DNA from: a virus | Taxonomy: Duplodnaviria; Caudoviricetes | Reading direction: 5' to 3' (one strand) | DNA: 32,553 bases | IMG/VR virus record: IMGVR_UViG_3300015203_000022 | Coordinates: 1-32,553 of that record | In this document: positions 1 to 10,555 of the stretch, piece after piece | How positions within the stretch are numbered: position 1 is the first letter of the stretch | Layout: each line of letters opens with the position of its first letter | Notes under the pieces: model-generated | What the model was told of the DNA's origin: nothing | Databases searched by the model: none | Seen by the model: the letters and a program-made list of their open reading frames with translations, nothing else | Position numbers and translations under genes: made by a program

Positions 1-1593
<1,593 letters not shown>

Positions 1594-1597
1594 AGCG

Positions 1598-2146
1598 TCA
1601 ACTCCGCACGCATGGAACCGTCAACGATACGCCGGACATGGTGGCGTCAGGCCCGGCAGGCTCGGTGGCGAACACCACATTGCCCGGCACCAGCGTCACC
1701 GCACCGCCCGCTGTGATGGTCGGGAAAGCGCCCGCCGAGGTCCACGACAACGTGCCGTAGTTGCTGATCGAGCCGGCGTTCAAGTAGGAGAGGACGTAGC
1801 CGAGCGTACCAGTCGAGTTGACCGCGCTGTAGCCTTTGATGCCGGTGCCTGACATGGGCAGGGTGATGGTTTCGGTGATCGAGATTTGCCCGACGCGCGA
1901 GCCGACCAGGGCGCCGGGGAAATTGAAGGCCAGGGCGAGCGAGGGCTTGGCGCCTGTTGGACCTGTCGAGCCGGTGACGCCGGGGCCTGTCGCACCTGTC
2001 GATCCGGTCGGGCCGGTGGTTCCCGTGGCGCCGCGTGTGCCTTGAATGCCGCCGTCTTCAAGGATGCCGTCAGTCGTCCAGACCGCGATGTGGCCAGGGG
2101 TCACACGACCGTTCTGGATGGTGGGAGGGCCGGGGCCGTTGGCCAT
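1598..2146 (-). CDS. Short collagen-like fibre protein with C-terminal globular domain
   Basis: [16 protein letters not shown] tract. N-terminal VTPGHIAVWTTDGILEDGG is shared with the 1..931 protein. Confidence 0.75.
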   Translation of the reverse strand: MANGPGPPTIQNGRVTPGHIAVWTTDGILEDGGIQGTRGATGTTGPTGSTGATGPGVTGSTGPTGAKPSLALAFNFPGALVGSRVGQISITETITLPMSGTGIKGYSAVNSTGTLGYVLSYLNAGSISNYGTLSWTSAGAFPTITAGGAVTLVPGNVVFATEPAGPDATMSGVSLTVPCVRS

Positions 2147-3075
2147 CAGTAGCGTCCGTACGGGTTGGTCATACGCCCTGGCCTCGCGTACTGCCCATAG
2201 CGCGACACCCGTTGATCGAACAGTTCAAGGTGCATCCGCGCCGAGTTCGCGTTCTGCAACTCAAGGAAGGCCAGATGGGCCGCGAAATACGGCACGGCAT
2301 CCACCCATGGATCGGGCAGGGCCTCGACACTCTGATTGTCGATCAGGTCTTGCGGCAGGCAGAAACTATCCCACTCCATCTGATAATTCGTTGAGGCGAT
2401 GGGGTACAGATAGAAGCTGCCGTTGGTCCCCTGGCCGAACTGCGCGCCAATCGTCGGCACATACTGATACTGAAACGGATACTGGCGCACCCGTGCCTGA
2501 TAGGTGCTGAAATCATACACCGCCAAGCTGTAACGATAGTTGGCGTAGATGATCGACACCGAGCGCACCATGAAGATCGCGCCGACGCCAGGGAACGGGG
2601 CGAGATCGACCCCGGAGAACGGGTACACCTCCTGCCCGCCTTCCAGGGTGTTGAACATCGACAGGTTCGCCGTGGCCGTGGCGCCTGTTCCGGTCGGGTC
2701 GCTGATCTGCACCTGCGGCTGGAAGTATCCGTTGCCGCCGAAATTCACCGCGATTGAACTGATCGCGCCTCCGGTCACAGTCGGCGTTACAACCGCCTGC
2801 GAACCGTTGGGAAATGGCAACCTTCCATTTGGAAAATCCGGGGGCGTGATGGTGACTACAGGGTTCGCCGAGTATCCGCTGCCGCCGTTGGTCACACTGA
2901 CAGTAGTGATAGCCCCGGAGATCGGCGTGAGGATGCGCAGGCACTTGGCGCGCATCGCCACCTCGCGCCGCGCCGTGTTGATGTAGGTCATCAGGTCGGC
3001 GGGATCGACAAGCTCCATCTTCTGATCGTGGATGAACCGCTGCACCTGCTGCATGTATTCGTTCAACGTGGCCAT
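2146..3075 (-). CDS. Head-tail adaptor/tail tubular-like protein with inserted GGSGY beta-rich domain
   Basis: Likely start MATLNEY at 3075 (TGATG coupling). Paralog of 3075..3800 (YINTARREVA vs WINRARLQLA; EALPDPWVDAVPYFAA vs EAIPKPWTDAVCYYTA). Position downstream of capsid. Confidence 0.55.
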   Translation of the reverse strand: MATLNEYMQQVQRFIHDQKMELVDPADLMTYINTARREVAMRAKCLRILTPISGAITTVSVTNGGSGYSANPVVTITPPDFPNGRLPFPNGSQAVVTPTVTGGAISSIAVNFGGNGYFQPQVQISDPTGTGATATANLSMFNTLEGGQEVYPFSGVDLAPFPGVGAIFMVRSVSIIYANYRYSLAVYDFSTYQARVRQYPFQYQYVPTIGAQFGQGTNGSFYLYPIASTNYQMEWDSFCLPQDLIDNQSVEALPDPWVDAVPYFAAHLAFLELQNANSARMHLELFDQRVSRYGQYARPGRMTNPYGRY

Positions 3076-3800
3076 CAGCCACCACCCGTGCGTGCCGGCT
3101 GCAAGCCAAGCTGGTTCATGCGTGTGGGGTTCGGCGCCTGCGCATACTGGCCGGGCAGCACGGTCGGGTTGCTGAAGCGGCGGGCGCGATTCATGAACTC
3201 GCTGTACATGTCGAACATGCGCTGGGCATCCGCCTGCCGGGCCGGGGACTGTGCCGACAAGTAGGCCAGATAGGCCGTGTAGTAGCACACTGCGTCCGTC
3301 CAGGGCTTCGGGATCGCCTCGACCGTGCTGTCGTTCACGAGGTCGATTGGATAGCCCACAACGTCAGCAGGGCAGGTGTACGCGATGTCGGGGATGGGTG
3401 CCATGAAGATGCTGCCCGTGGTGCCCTGCCCGAACTGCGTCCAGGCCAGGGGGGCACCGGAGTCAGGCACCGGGTTGTTCAGTTCGTAGAGGCTGAACCA
3501 CTCGAAAGAGCGCGGCCTGATCCATTTCTGGCCGCTGCCGACATTGTACCAAAGCGTGCGGATGTTGAAGATGCCGGCCACGCCCGGCGCCCCGCCCAGG
3601 TTGACTAGGCTGAACGGATACTGCCGGGCGGTCGCCGTGAGGGGGATCGTCGCGTAGATGCGGATGCTCTCGCTGTCGCCAGCGAGTTGCAGCCGAGCGC
3701 GGTTGATCCACGAGGTCAGGTCGGCGTCGGAGTACAGGCTGGTCGGAGCGGCCGGAGACTGCAAAATCTGCTTGGTCTGCGTCAAATATGTCGTCAGCAT
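3075..3800 (-). CDS. Head-tail adaptor/tail tubular-like protein
   Basis: ATG at 3800 (MLTTYLTQ). Helical N- and C-terminal pattern typical of adaptors; paralog of the downstream gene. Confidence 0.55.
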   Translation of the reverse strand: MLTTYLTQTKQILQSPAAPTSLYSDADLTSWINRARLQLAGDSESIRIYATIPLTATARQYPFSLVNLGGAPGVAGIFNIRTLWYNVGSGQKWIRPRSFEWFSLYELNNPVPDSGAPLAWTQFGQGTTGSIFMAPIPDIAYTCPADVVGYPIDLVNDSTVEAIPKPWTDAVCYYTAYLAYLSAQSPARQADAQRMFDMYSEFMNRARRFSNPTVLPGQYAQAPNPTRMNQLGLQPARTGGG

Positions 3801-3852
3801 GACCAAGCCTCGCTCGTCCTAGCCGCTTCGGCCCTCCACTGTATCGCCGAGA

Positions 3853-4980
3853 TCAGACCGACTGCAACGCGATGGTATCGACCACCGACCCCAGGGTGAC
3901 GGTGATGCTCGCCGCCGTGGTCGGGATGACGCCCGCCAGGGCACCAACCGTCACCAGCGGCACGCCGGCAAACAGGCCGGTGTCGTACACCGCCGCCAGG
4001 GTGGTCAGGGCGCCAGCAGTGTTCGCGATCAGGACCGAAGCCTTGCGCGGCCGGTAGCTGGTCATGTCGTAGGCCGGGTTGCTGATCGCGGCCACGCTGC
4101 CCGCCGGGAGCGGCACGCCGCCGACCGTCGAAAGCTCGGCCCCGCCTGTGAAGCCGGCGCCTGCCGCGACCGCCGACATACCGCTGATGGCCGACATCAC
4201 GACCGGGGTGATGGTCGCCCCGGTGCCAGCACCACCGGCCGCCGTCAGGGTCAGCGCGGACTGGCTGGCCAAGGGGGCGCCGTTGTTGGTGATGAGGGCG
4301 GCGGTGATCTTGGCCGCATTGGCCGCGTTCAGCACCAGCGTCACGGTCGCCTGGGTGATCGCCCCGAAATTCGGGTCGGTCGGGTTCGGCACGATGACCG
4401 CCGTGGGTGCGCCGATGTAGCCTGCACCCTCGTTGGTGAGGGTGACGCCCGACACCGTGCCGCTCGCGATGGTGGCGTACGCCAACGCCGGCAGGCCGGG
4501 GTTGCCCGGCGCGGGGATCAGCACCAGCGGGGCCATCGTGTAGCCGGCGCCGGCCACGTTGACGGTCGAAACCGACAGCGAGCCGCCGACCACGGGCAGC
4601 CATGTCGAGCCGCCCACGTTCGCCGTGATGGTGGCGGTGGACTGCGCGAAGCCCGAACCGCCGTTGGCGATCACGGCGGCCACGGGGCAGAGGGTAGGGT
4701 TGAAGACGCGCCGGGTGAAGCCGTCCGACAAGACCTGCTGCGGCTGGCCGCGCTGGGCGTCCTGCACGCGCCAGCAGCCCGAGGTCGGATCGAGGAACTG
4801 CAACACACTGACCATGCCGGTGTCCACGTACCAGCGCCCGGCCGGAACGGGCAGGGCGTCGCCGGGCGACAGGTTGATGAAGTTCGTCCCGACATCGACG
4901 GGGGCGCCGTTGAGTTGGGTCGGGTAGAGGGACTGATTGGCCGGAAGACCCTGGCCGGGGCCGCTGATGATGGTGGTCAT
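3853..4980 (-). CDS. Virion structural protein (decoration/spike-like; Ala/Gly/Thr-rich)
   Basis: Directly after the capsid gene with an AGGAG RBS. Repeated GG/A-S/A-G-Y/F..P.V beta motifs. Confidence 0.6.
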   Translation of the reverse strand: MTTIISGPGQGLPANQSLYPTQLNGAPVDVGTNFINLSPGDALPVPAGRWYVDTGMVSVLQFLDPTSGCWRVQDAQRGQPQQVLSDGFTRRVFNPTLCPVAAVIANGGSGFAQSTATITANVGGSTWLPVVGGSLSVSTVNVAGAGYTMAPLVLIPAPGNPGLPALAYATIASGTVSGVTLTNEGAGYIGAPTAVIVPNPTDPNFGAITQATVTLVLNAANAAKITAALITNNGAPLASQSALTLTAAGGAGTGATITPVVMSAISGMSAVAAGAGFTGGAELSTVGGVPLPAGSVAAISNPAYDMTSYRPRKASVLIANTAGALTTLAAVYDTGLFAGVPLVTVGALAGVIPTTAASITVTLGSVVDTIALQSV

Positions 4981-5002
4981 TTCATTGCTCTCCTGTCACC
5001 GC

Positions 5003-6058
5003 TCACCAACTCCCGCCAGCAAACCCGTAAACATGGGCGCCGCTGACCGACTTGGCGCTCAGGAAGTCGTACCCGAGCACACAAATGCCCTGCTGGCCGA
5101 TCTGGCCGAGCGGCACCAGCGAGTAGAACCCGCTGAAGTCCATCGCCGCATCCTCGGAAATGTACATCGAGGAATACTTGCAGTTGCAGGCGTACATGTT
5201 GCCCTTGGGCACGAAATGGTCGGCGTACACCGGCACGCCCGACACCGTGAGGTTCGGGAAGCTCGACCGAACCGGCGTGTCCATCGTGTAGTTGTTGCCG
5301 GGGCTGATGCGGACCTGCTCGGTGCCGACGAACGAGGTGTTCAGCGTGGCGTGGTCGGCCGGGTTCATCACAATGAACGTGGGGGCCTCGCCGCCCGCGT
5401 TGTCGGTGATGTACTCGATCAGGGCGGCCATCGCCTGACGGTTCCAGCCGGTCGTCGCCGTGGTGTAGTTGGTGTTCCAGGTCGTGCCAGCGCCGGCATT
5501 GATGTACTGGCCCTGGAAATTGCTGTTCCCGGCGGCCAGCCGGTTGATGCCGCCGTACGTCGGCGCATTGGTGCCGTTGTCGAAGGCGTCCACGAAGCTG
5601 TTCGGGAACAGCGGGTTCGCCGTGTTGTTGGTGAACAGCAGCCGGGCGATGTTCTGGCGCGTGACGGCGTACGCATCGTTCATGCGCGCCTTCAGCAGCG
5701 AAATCTCGCGCTCTGTCGCTTGGAGGATGGTCTCGCCGAAGGGCAGCGGGATCGGCACGACCCAGTACGCGAGGTTGAACTGCGCGTTCTGGATGCCGGG
5801 CGTCACCACGGGCGAATTGAACCCGCCGCCATAGCCGGTGAACTGGCCCTGGACCATCGACTGCCCCTGCAAGGGGATCGTGACCTGATTGAGACCGCCG
5901 GCCGCGCGCTGCGCATTGCCCCAAAGGTAATACAATGAAGGACTTGCGAAGTACATCTGAACAAAAAGGCGAGGCACGAATGCACGCCTCGTTACGGAAG
6001 TGAGTTCATTATAAATACTTCCTGCCGGTGGAGCTACGCCAAGACCGGGGATCGGCAT
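5003..6058 (-). CDS. Major capsid protein
   Basis: 351 aa, located after the scaffold/portal. YGGINR motif, QFTGYGGGF and P-domain-like GVPVYADHFVP resemble HK97-fold capsids. Confidence 0.8.
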   Translation of the reverse strand: MPIPGLGVAPPAGSIYNELTSVTRRAFVPRLFVQMYFASPSLYYLWGNAQRAAGGLNQVTIPLQGQSMVQGQFTGYGGGFNSPVVTPGIQNAQFNLAYWVVPIPLPFGETILQATEREISLLKARMNDAYAVTRQNIARLLFTNNTANPLFPNSFVDAFDNGTNAPTYGGINRLAAGNSNFQGQYINAGAGTTWNTNYTTATTGWNRQAMAALIEYITDNAGGEAPTFIVMNPADHATLNTSFVGTEQVRISPGNNYTMDTPVRSSFPNLTVSGVPVYADHFVPKGNMYACNCKYSSMYISEDAAMDFSGFYSLVPLGQIGQQGICVLGYDFLSAKSVSGAHVYGFAGGSW

Positions 6059-6932
6059 GTATTTCGTCCTTTACTTAGACAGCAAACCGATGCAATGTGG
6101 CGTTCCCTTGGAAGGAAACCACACCGTGCCGATTCAGAAGAACTGCGAGAACTGCGGAGCCAGCTTTTCGGTCAGGCCGAGAGATGCCACGAGAAAATGC
6201 TGCACCATGGCGTGCCATCGAGCCTACGAAACGAAAAACGGCAGAATTGCTTCGCAAAAAGACCCGGTTAATTTTGTCTGCAAGGCTTGCGGCGGCCCGT
6301 TCACCATGAAACCGAGCTACCTCAAAGCCCTTCACGTGAAACACGGTAGAGACCCGCTCTACTGCTCGATCCCCTGCGCCTCTATTGGACGAAAGGCCGA
6401 CGCAGAACAGCGCGCTAAACAGAAATTTTCCTGCGCGCAATGTGGTGGGGAAATTCCCAACATACGACGCCCAAGCGGGTATATTAAACAAGGAACCCTT
6501 CTTTGCGGCAAGACGTGCAAAGACGCTCATCGACTTGCTGCGTGGCGCAAGCGTGCTGCCGGCATAGTTCCTCAACCAACCAAGGCTAGAAACGGCTACA
6601 TGAGGATGCACGTCATGGGTGATGACGGCTTGATGTCCCGCGAGGTTTTCGAGCACCGCTACGTCATGGAACAGCACCTCGGCCGGAAACTGCTTCCCAA
6701 CGAGACCGTCCACCACATCGACGGCGTTCGCCACAACAACGCCCTCAGCAACCTTGAGCTTTTCAGCAGCCGTCACGGCCCCGGCCAGCGTGTCACCGAC
6801 AAGGTTGCCTGGGCCATAGACATACTCCGGCAGTACCCGGAGTTCACCCGAGAAGCCGGCGTCGCCCTGGTGGGTGCGACCGAGTTGGAGCATTACCGAC
6901 GCGGGGCCGGGCTGTTGGTGCGGATGTCCTGA
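6057..6932 (+). CDS. HNH homing endonuclease with N-terminal CxxC zinc-finger repeats (true start may be GTG 6126)
   Basis: EHRYVMEQHLGRKLLPNETVHHIDGVRHNNALSNLEL is an HNH_3-type motif. Multiple CxxC...CS/T..C modules. GGAAGG upstream of GTG 6126. Confidence 0.85.
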   Translation: MYFVLYLDSKPMQCGVPLEGNHTVPIQKNCENCGASFSVRPRDATRKCCTMACHRAYETKNGRIASQKDPVNFVCKACGGPFTMKPSYLKALHVKHGRDPLYCSIPCASIGRKADAEQRAKQKFSCAQCGGEIPNIRRPSGYIKQGTLLCGKTCKDAHRLAAWRKRAAGIVPQPTKARNGYMRMHVMGDDGLMSREVFEHRYVMEQHLGRKLLPNETVHHIDGVRHNNALSNLELFSSRHGPGQRVTDKVAWAIDILRQYPEFTREAGVALVGATELEHYRRGAGLLVRMS

Positions 6933-7492
6933 AGCGTCCGCGAAACCTCGCCGCCGAGCACCCGCTCGTCGTCCCCACGGGTCTGCATCAGCCGCTTCAT
7001 GTACTCGCCCTGATCCTCGGCACCCGGATCGCCGAAGAAATTCCAGTCCGACCCTCCTGGCTCGGAGACGGACGGCTGCGGATTGAGCCGGTCGAAAAGG
7101 GCCTGCGCCGCGTCGAGGTCGGCGATGCCGCGCTCATGCGCGAGGTCTTCCACCTGCTTCACGTAGTCCTCGTTGTAGCCCTGCGCGCGGATGGCCTGCC
7201 GCTTGTCGTTCCACTTGGCGGCGAACGAGTCCTGGGCGGCCTGGGCGGCAGCGGCTTCCTTCTCGGCTTTCCGCTCGGCGCGGTCGGCCGCCAACTCCTG
7301 CCGAAGCGTGGCCATGTCGGACATGATCGGCTCGGCGGCGTCGAGTTCGGGAATGGAAGCGTTGGGGTCGGCGAGCTTGCGGGCCTGAAGCACCAACTTG
7401 CGCGCCGCCGGGTTCTTCATCATCCCGTTCACCGCCGACACCACGTTCTGTGCGGCGATGTACTCCGACTCGTCAACCTCACGTACGGCCAT
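6893..7492 (-). CDS. Putative capsid scaffolding protein
   Basis: Charged coiled-coil (LRQELAADRAERKAEKEAAAA); upstream of the capsid gene. Confidence 0.6.
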   Translation of the reverse strand: MAVREVDESEYIAAQNVVSAVNGMMKNPAARKLVLQARKLADPNASIPELDAAEPIMSDMATLRQELAADRAERKAEKEAAAAQAAQDSFAAKWNDKRQAIRAQGYNEDYVKQVEDLAHERGIADLDAAQALFDRLNPQPSVSEPGGSDWNFFGDPGAEDQGEYMKRLMQTRGDDERVLGGEVSRTLQDIRTNSPAPRR

Positions 7493-7493
7493 G

Positions 7494-7532
7494 TCAGGCG
7501 GCTCCCTGGCGCGGTTTGCGGCTCTTGCGCAT
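7494..7532 (-). CDS. Possible 12-aa basic micro-peptide MRKSRKPRQGAA
   Basis: ATG overlaps the upstream TGA (TGATG). Stop lies 1 nt before the scaffold ATG, so it fills the gap exactly. Confidence 0.3.
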   Translation of the reverse strand: MRKSRKPRQGAA

Positions 7533-7702
7533 CACGGGCCGTCCGCGTTCGGGACGTGCTTGATGGCCATGTCGGTATTCACTTCCCTTTTCGGCATGTG
7601 CGACTTGCGCCCGCCGATGTCCATTTGCTCCATGTCCACCCGCACGATCTTCGGGTCCGATGTCGGGATGGACTTGGTGCCGTTCTGGAAAATATTTACC
7701 AT
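7532..7702 (-). CDS. Small hypothetical head-operon protein (56 aa, MVNIFQNGTKSIPTSDPKIVRV...)
   Basis: Manual translation; AGGAG RBS at 7712-7716; fills the gap in the operon. Confidence 0.75.
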   Translation of the reverse strand: MVNIFQNGTKSIPTSDPKIVRVDMEQMDIGGRKSHMPKREVNTDMAIKHVPNADGP

Positions 7703-7717
7703 CGAAACAATCTCCTG

Positions 7718-8149
7718 TTACGCGGCTTCTGCGCCGGGCGGCGGGCCGCCTGGGGGCGGTGGAGCGATGGCGGGCTGCGAGCTGGGCGCTTGGCCCTGCG
7801 AGCGCATCGCGGCGAGTTGGGGTCGCATCTGCTGTTGCTTCATCATCTGCGACTGAAGCTGGTTGGTCTTGCCTTGCTCGGTGGCCGCACCGGGCGGAAT
7901 GTGCTTGCCGATATCGAGCATGGCCTTGGTCAAGGACTGCCCGAGCGGGCTGCTGGCCCCTACGAGGGGGACGATCATGGCGAGACCGTCAACAATCGCC
8001 GCCGCAGCCTGAAGCCCCTTGGCCTGCTGGCCGAGATTTTGCGTCGCCCCGGTCGCCGGGCTGGACCCCATCGGTGGGGCACCTCCCGGTGGCGGTGCGC
8101 CGGCTCCCGGAGGGGCGGGCGGGGTGGCTCCTGGCTGCGGAGGCATCAT
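7718..8149 (-). CDS. Pro/Gln-rich hypothetical head-assembly protein
   Basis: ORF track; co-oriented with neighbours between portal and scaffold. Confidence 0.65.
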   Translation of the reverse strand: MMPPQPGATPPAPPGAGAPPPGGAPPMGSSPATGATQNLGQQAKGLQAAAAIVDGLAMIVPLVGASSPLGQSLTKAMLDIGKHIPPGAATEQGKTNQLQSQMMKQQQMRPQLAAMRSQGQAPSSQPAIAPPPPGGPPPGAEAA

Positions 8150-8177
8150 TGCTGGCGGGATTCCGTCAGCACCGCGA

Positions 8178-8219
8178 TTAGCGGTGCTTGCGGCCCTTGC
8201 GCTTCATGCGGATGTCCAT
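8178..8219 (-). CDS. 13-aa basic micro-peptide MDIRMKRKGRKHR
   Basis: TAGGAG RBS 8 nt upstream of ATG 8219; TAA at 8178. Confidence 0.5.
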   Translation of the reverse strand: MDIRMKRKGRKHR

Positions 8220-8408
8220 GGTGCTGGCTCCTAATCCTGGGTTGCACGATGTCCGTCGCATCACGCGATCTCATCAAGGCCACGAATGGCGCGGGACGAA
8301 ACCCTGCTGGGACGTTTCGACCGTAGGGAGCCGTGCCTTGAAAATGGAACTAGCCAAACGGGGTTAGCCGGGGCTAAAAAGGGTCACTCCGGGACGAAAG
8401 AGGCCACT

Positions 8409-8597
8409 TTGAACGAAAATGACGTGCATCTGCCGCCGAAACAGGCCGCGACTCTGATCCACAAGAGCCTGACGTGGCTGAAGCGCATGCGGCGCACGCC
8501 AGGGCGGGCGGATGCGCCGCCTTTCTACCGGATTGGGGGTCGGGTGGTGTACCTCAAGAGCGAGGTGGTGGCGTGGTTTGATCGACAGCGAGCTTGA
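8409..8597 (+). CDS. AlpA/excisionase-like winged-HTH DNA-binding protein
   Basis: TTG start after AAAGAGG. LPPKQAATLIHKSLTWLKRMR...PPFYRIGGRVVYLKSEVVAWF follows the HTH_17 pattern. Confidence 0.8.
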   Translation: MNENDVHLPPKQAATLIHKSLTWLKRMRRTPGRADAPPFYRIGGRVVYLKSEVVAWFDRQRA

Positions 8598-8781
8598 TCT
8601 TCGCCCATCGAAGATTGTTGGCCTCGCACAGCCGGGTGGATATTCCGCCGTGCGAGTGAAAAATGTCGTGAATTAACGTGCGAGGGGAGCCTAGCACCGC
8701 GTTGGTCGGGTTGTTCCCTTTCGCGCACCACGGGCACAACGCTGCCGCGTCCGCGTCGTATTTTTGCGGATAGACCGTCAC
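8554..8781 (-). CDS. Small CxxC...H...C protein
   Basis: GTG overlaps the portal stop (GTGA); LCPWC...H...LCEANNLR. Confidence 0.55.
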   Translation of the reverse strand: MTVYPQKYDADAAALCPWCAKGNNPTNAVLGSPRTLIHDIFHSHGGISTRLCEANNLRWAKIKLAVDQTTPPPRS

Positions 8782-10511
8782 TTCTTCCCCCCGCCGTGGC
8801 CGTGCGCCATCGCCTTCGCCCATTCATCGGGGAACTGCGCCTTGAACTCTTCCATCTTCTGCGCGGACTGCGTTTCCTTGTCGGCCAGCCGGCGCTGAAG
8901 CTCGTCCTTGTTCGGCAGGTTGAGCATTTCGATGGCGCTGTGCCCGTCGATGAAGCCCGCCTTCAGCCCGAACGCGATCACCTGATTGTGGTCATCGGCG
9001 AACACAGGCGACGTGCTGTGGCTGTCAACCACGATGCGCCGATCCTCGGGCAAATCGGCCAGCAGGAACTCGGTCTCGGGAGCTTTCTTGGCGTCGGTCC
9101 AGTACGCCCGCCCATCCTTGGCCTGCATCAGCGACAGCGTGAGGTCGGCGGCGCCGGCACACTGCCGTTCGACCAGCAGCGAGCGGTCACGCAGCCGAGG
9201 GCTTGCCGCACGCATCATACTGGACGATTGCGCGCCCGACCGCACCCCCGGCTCGCCCTGGCCAGACAGCATGTTGTCGAAACCGCTGATCTTGGTGAGC
9301 ATCTGTATTTGCCACTGAAGCATCGGCATCAACTCGGCGGGAAACTTTGGCGTCAAGTCGGTAATCGTCGTGCCCGCCGAGGTGTTTATGACCCCCGCGT
9401 TGCGCATGTCGCCGTACCGTTCCTCGGGGATGTCGTCGCCGGAAATCCCGATGAGTTTGTCCACCTGAAGCCCCAACAGGCGCTTGGCATCGTCGCAGGT
9501 AGTCGAAATCCACGCCTGCACGGCCATGAGGTCGGCGATCTCGCTGCGACCCCAAATGGATTTCGCCGTCTCGTTCGGCTGAATGAGGCTGTAGGGGTGC
9601 AGGCCGCTCTTGGTGTCGCCGCCGATCAGCAGGTTTGAGTTGCGAAAGATCGGCGCGAGAAGGATGTCCGGCTCGATCAACTGGATGGTCGTGTAGTCGT
9701 CGCCGTCCTGCACCCACACCTCATGCAGCAACACCATGTCGGCCGAGGTCCGGGCCTTGACCAGCCCTGCGGCACTGCCGTCACCGTGAAGCTGCACGAT
9801 ACCGCCCGGCTGCGACTGTTGGGCGATCCCGCTGGTGTTCAGGATCGAGGTGGACATGACGCTGTGAAAATAGCTGTCGTTGTCGTCATTCGTGCCGCCG
9901 CTGGACGAATGCACCTTGATCCGGGCGAACAGTTTCTTGGCGTCGGGCAGGTGGTATATGCGCCGCCACACCTCGGGCAGCGTGAGGGAGATCGTTTCGG
10001 TCATGGCGTATTGGAGGTCGAGGTCGGTCTGATCCTCCCTCCACACGCCGAAATTCCACGGCATGACCAGCGACGAACGATACATCGGCAACTTGTCCAG
10101 GCCGTCCTGTTCGGGCCACTGCTTGAGGAAACAAGCGCCGTATTTCAGGGCCTCGAAAACCCCCAAAGCGAACCGCATGTCGGTGCCATGCTTCTGCCAC
10201 GCCCGCGTCACCTGACGGGCGGCGATCCTGCCACGGTCGAGTTCCTGCGTCGGATACTCGTTCTCATAGTCCACGAGAAAGCGCAGGTCGGTGGGGCTGA
10301 ACAGGTGCGAGGCCAGCCGGTCCACCTCGGAATGCAGCAGGTTGACCAGCGATTTGCCGTCGCCGTCCGGTCGGCCGGTCTCGATGAAAGCGCCGATTTG
10401 CCGGCAGGCCGAGCCGCGCGAGGCGGTGTTCTCCCGGCAGATCGCGATGATCTCAAGCGCCCGGTCGGTGAGCTTGGCTTTCTCGGTCGGCAGTTCGACG
10501 GGTTGTGCCAT
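8778..10511 (-). CDS. Portal protein
   Basis: 577 aa between terminase and head genes. WGRSEIADL and ISGFDNMLSGQGEPGVRSG resemble P22/T7-like portals. Confidence 0.75.
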   Translation of the reverse strand: MAQPVELPTEKAKLTDRALEIIAICRENTASRGSACRQIGAFIETGRPDGDGKSLVNLLHSEVDRLASHLFSPTDLRFLVDYENEYPTQELDRGRIAARQVTRAWQKHGTDMRFALGVFEALKYGACFLKQWPEQDGLDKLPMYRSSLVMPWNFGVWREDQTDLDLQYAMTETISLTLPEVWRRIYHLPDAKKLFARIKVHSSSGGTNDDNDSYFHSVMSTSILNTSGIAQQSQPGGIVQLHGDGSAAGLVKARTSADMVLLHEVWVQDGDDYTTIQLIEPDILLAPIFRNSNLLIGGDTKSGLHPYSLIQPNETAKSIWGRSEIADLMAVQAWISTTCDDAKRLLGLQVDKLIGISGDDIPEERYGDMRNAGVINTSAGTTITDLTPKFPAELMPMLQWQIQMLTKISGFDNMLSGQGEPGVRSGAQSSSMMRAASPRLRDRSLLVERQCAGAADLTLSLMQAKDGRAYWTDAKKAPETEFLLADLPEDRRIVVDSHSTSPVFADDHNQVIAFGLKAGFIDGHSAIEMLNLPNKDELQRRLADKETQSAQKMEEFKAQFPDEWAKAMAHGHGGGKK

Positions 10512-10555
10512 GGGCCGGGACCATAGCGGCTAGGCCCTGCGCGGCGCAACAAGGC

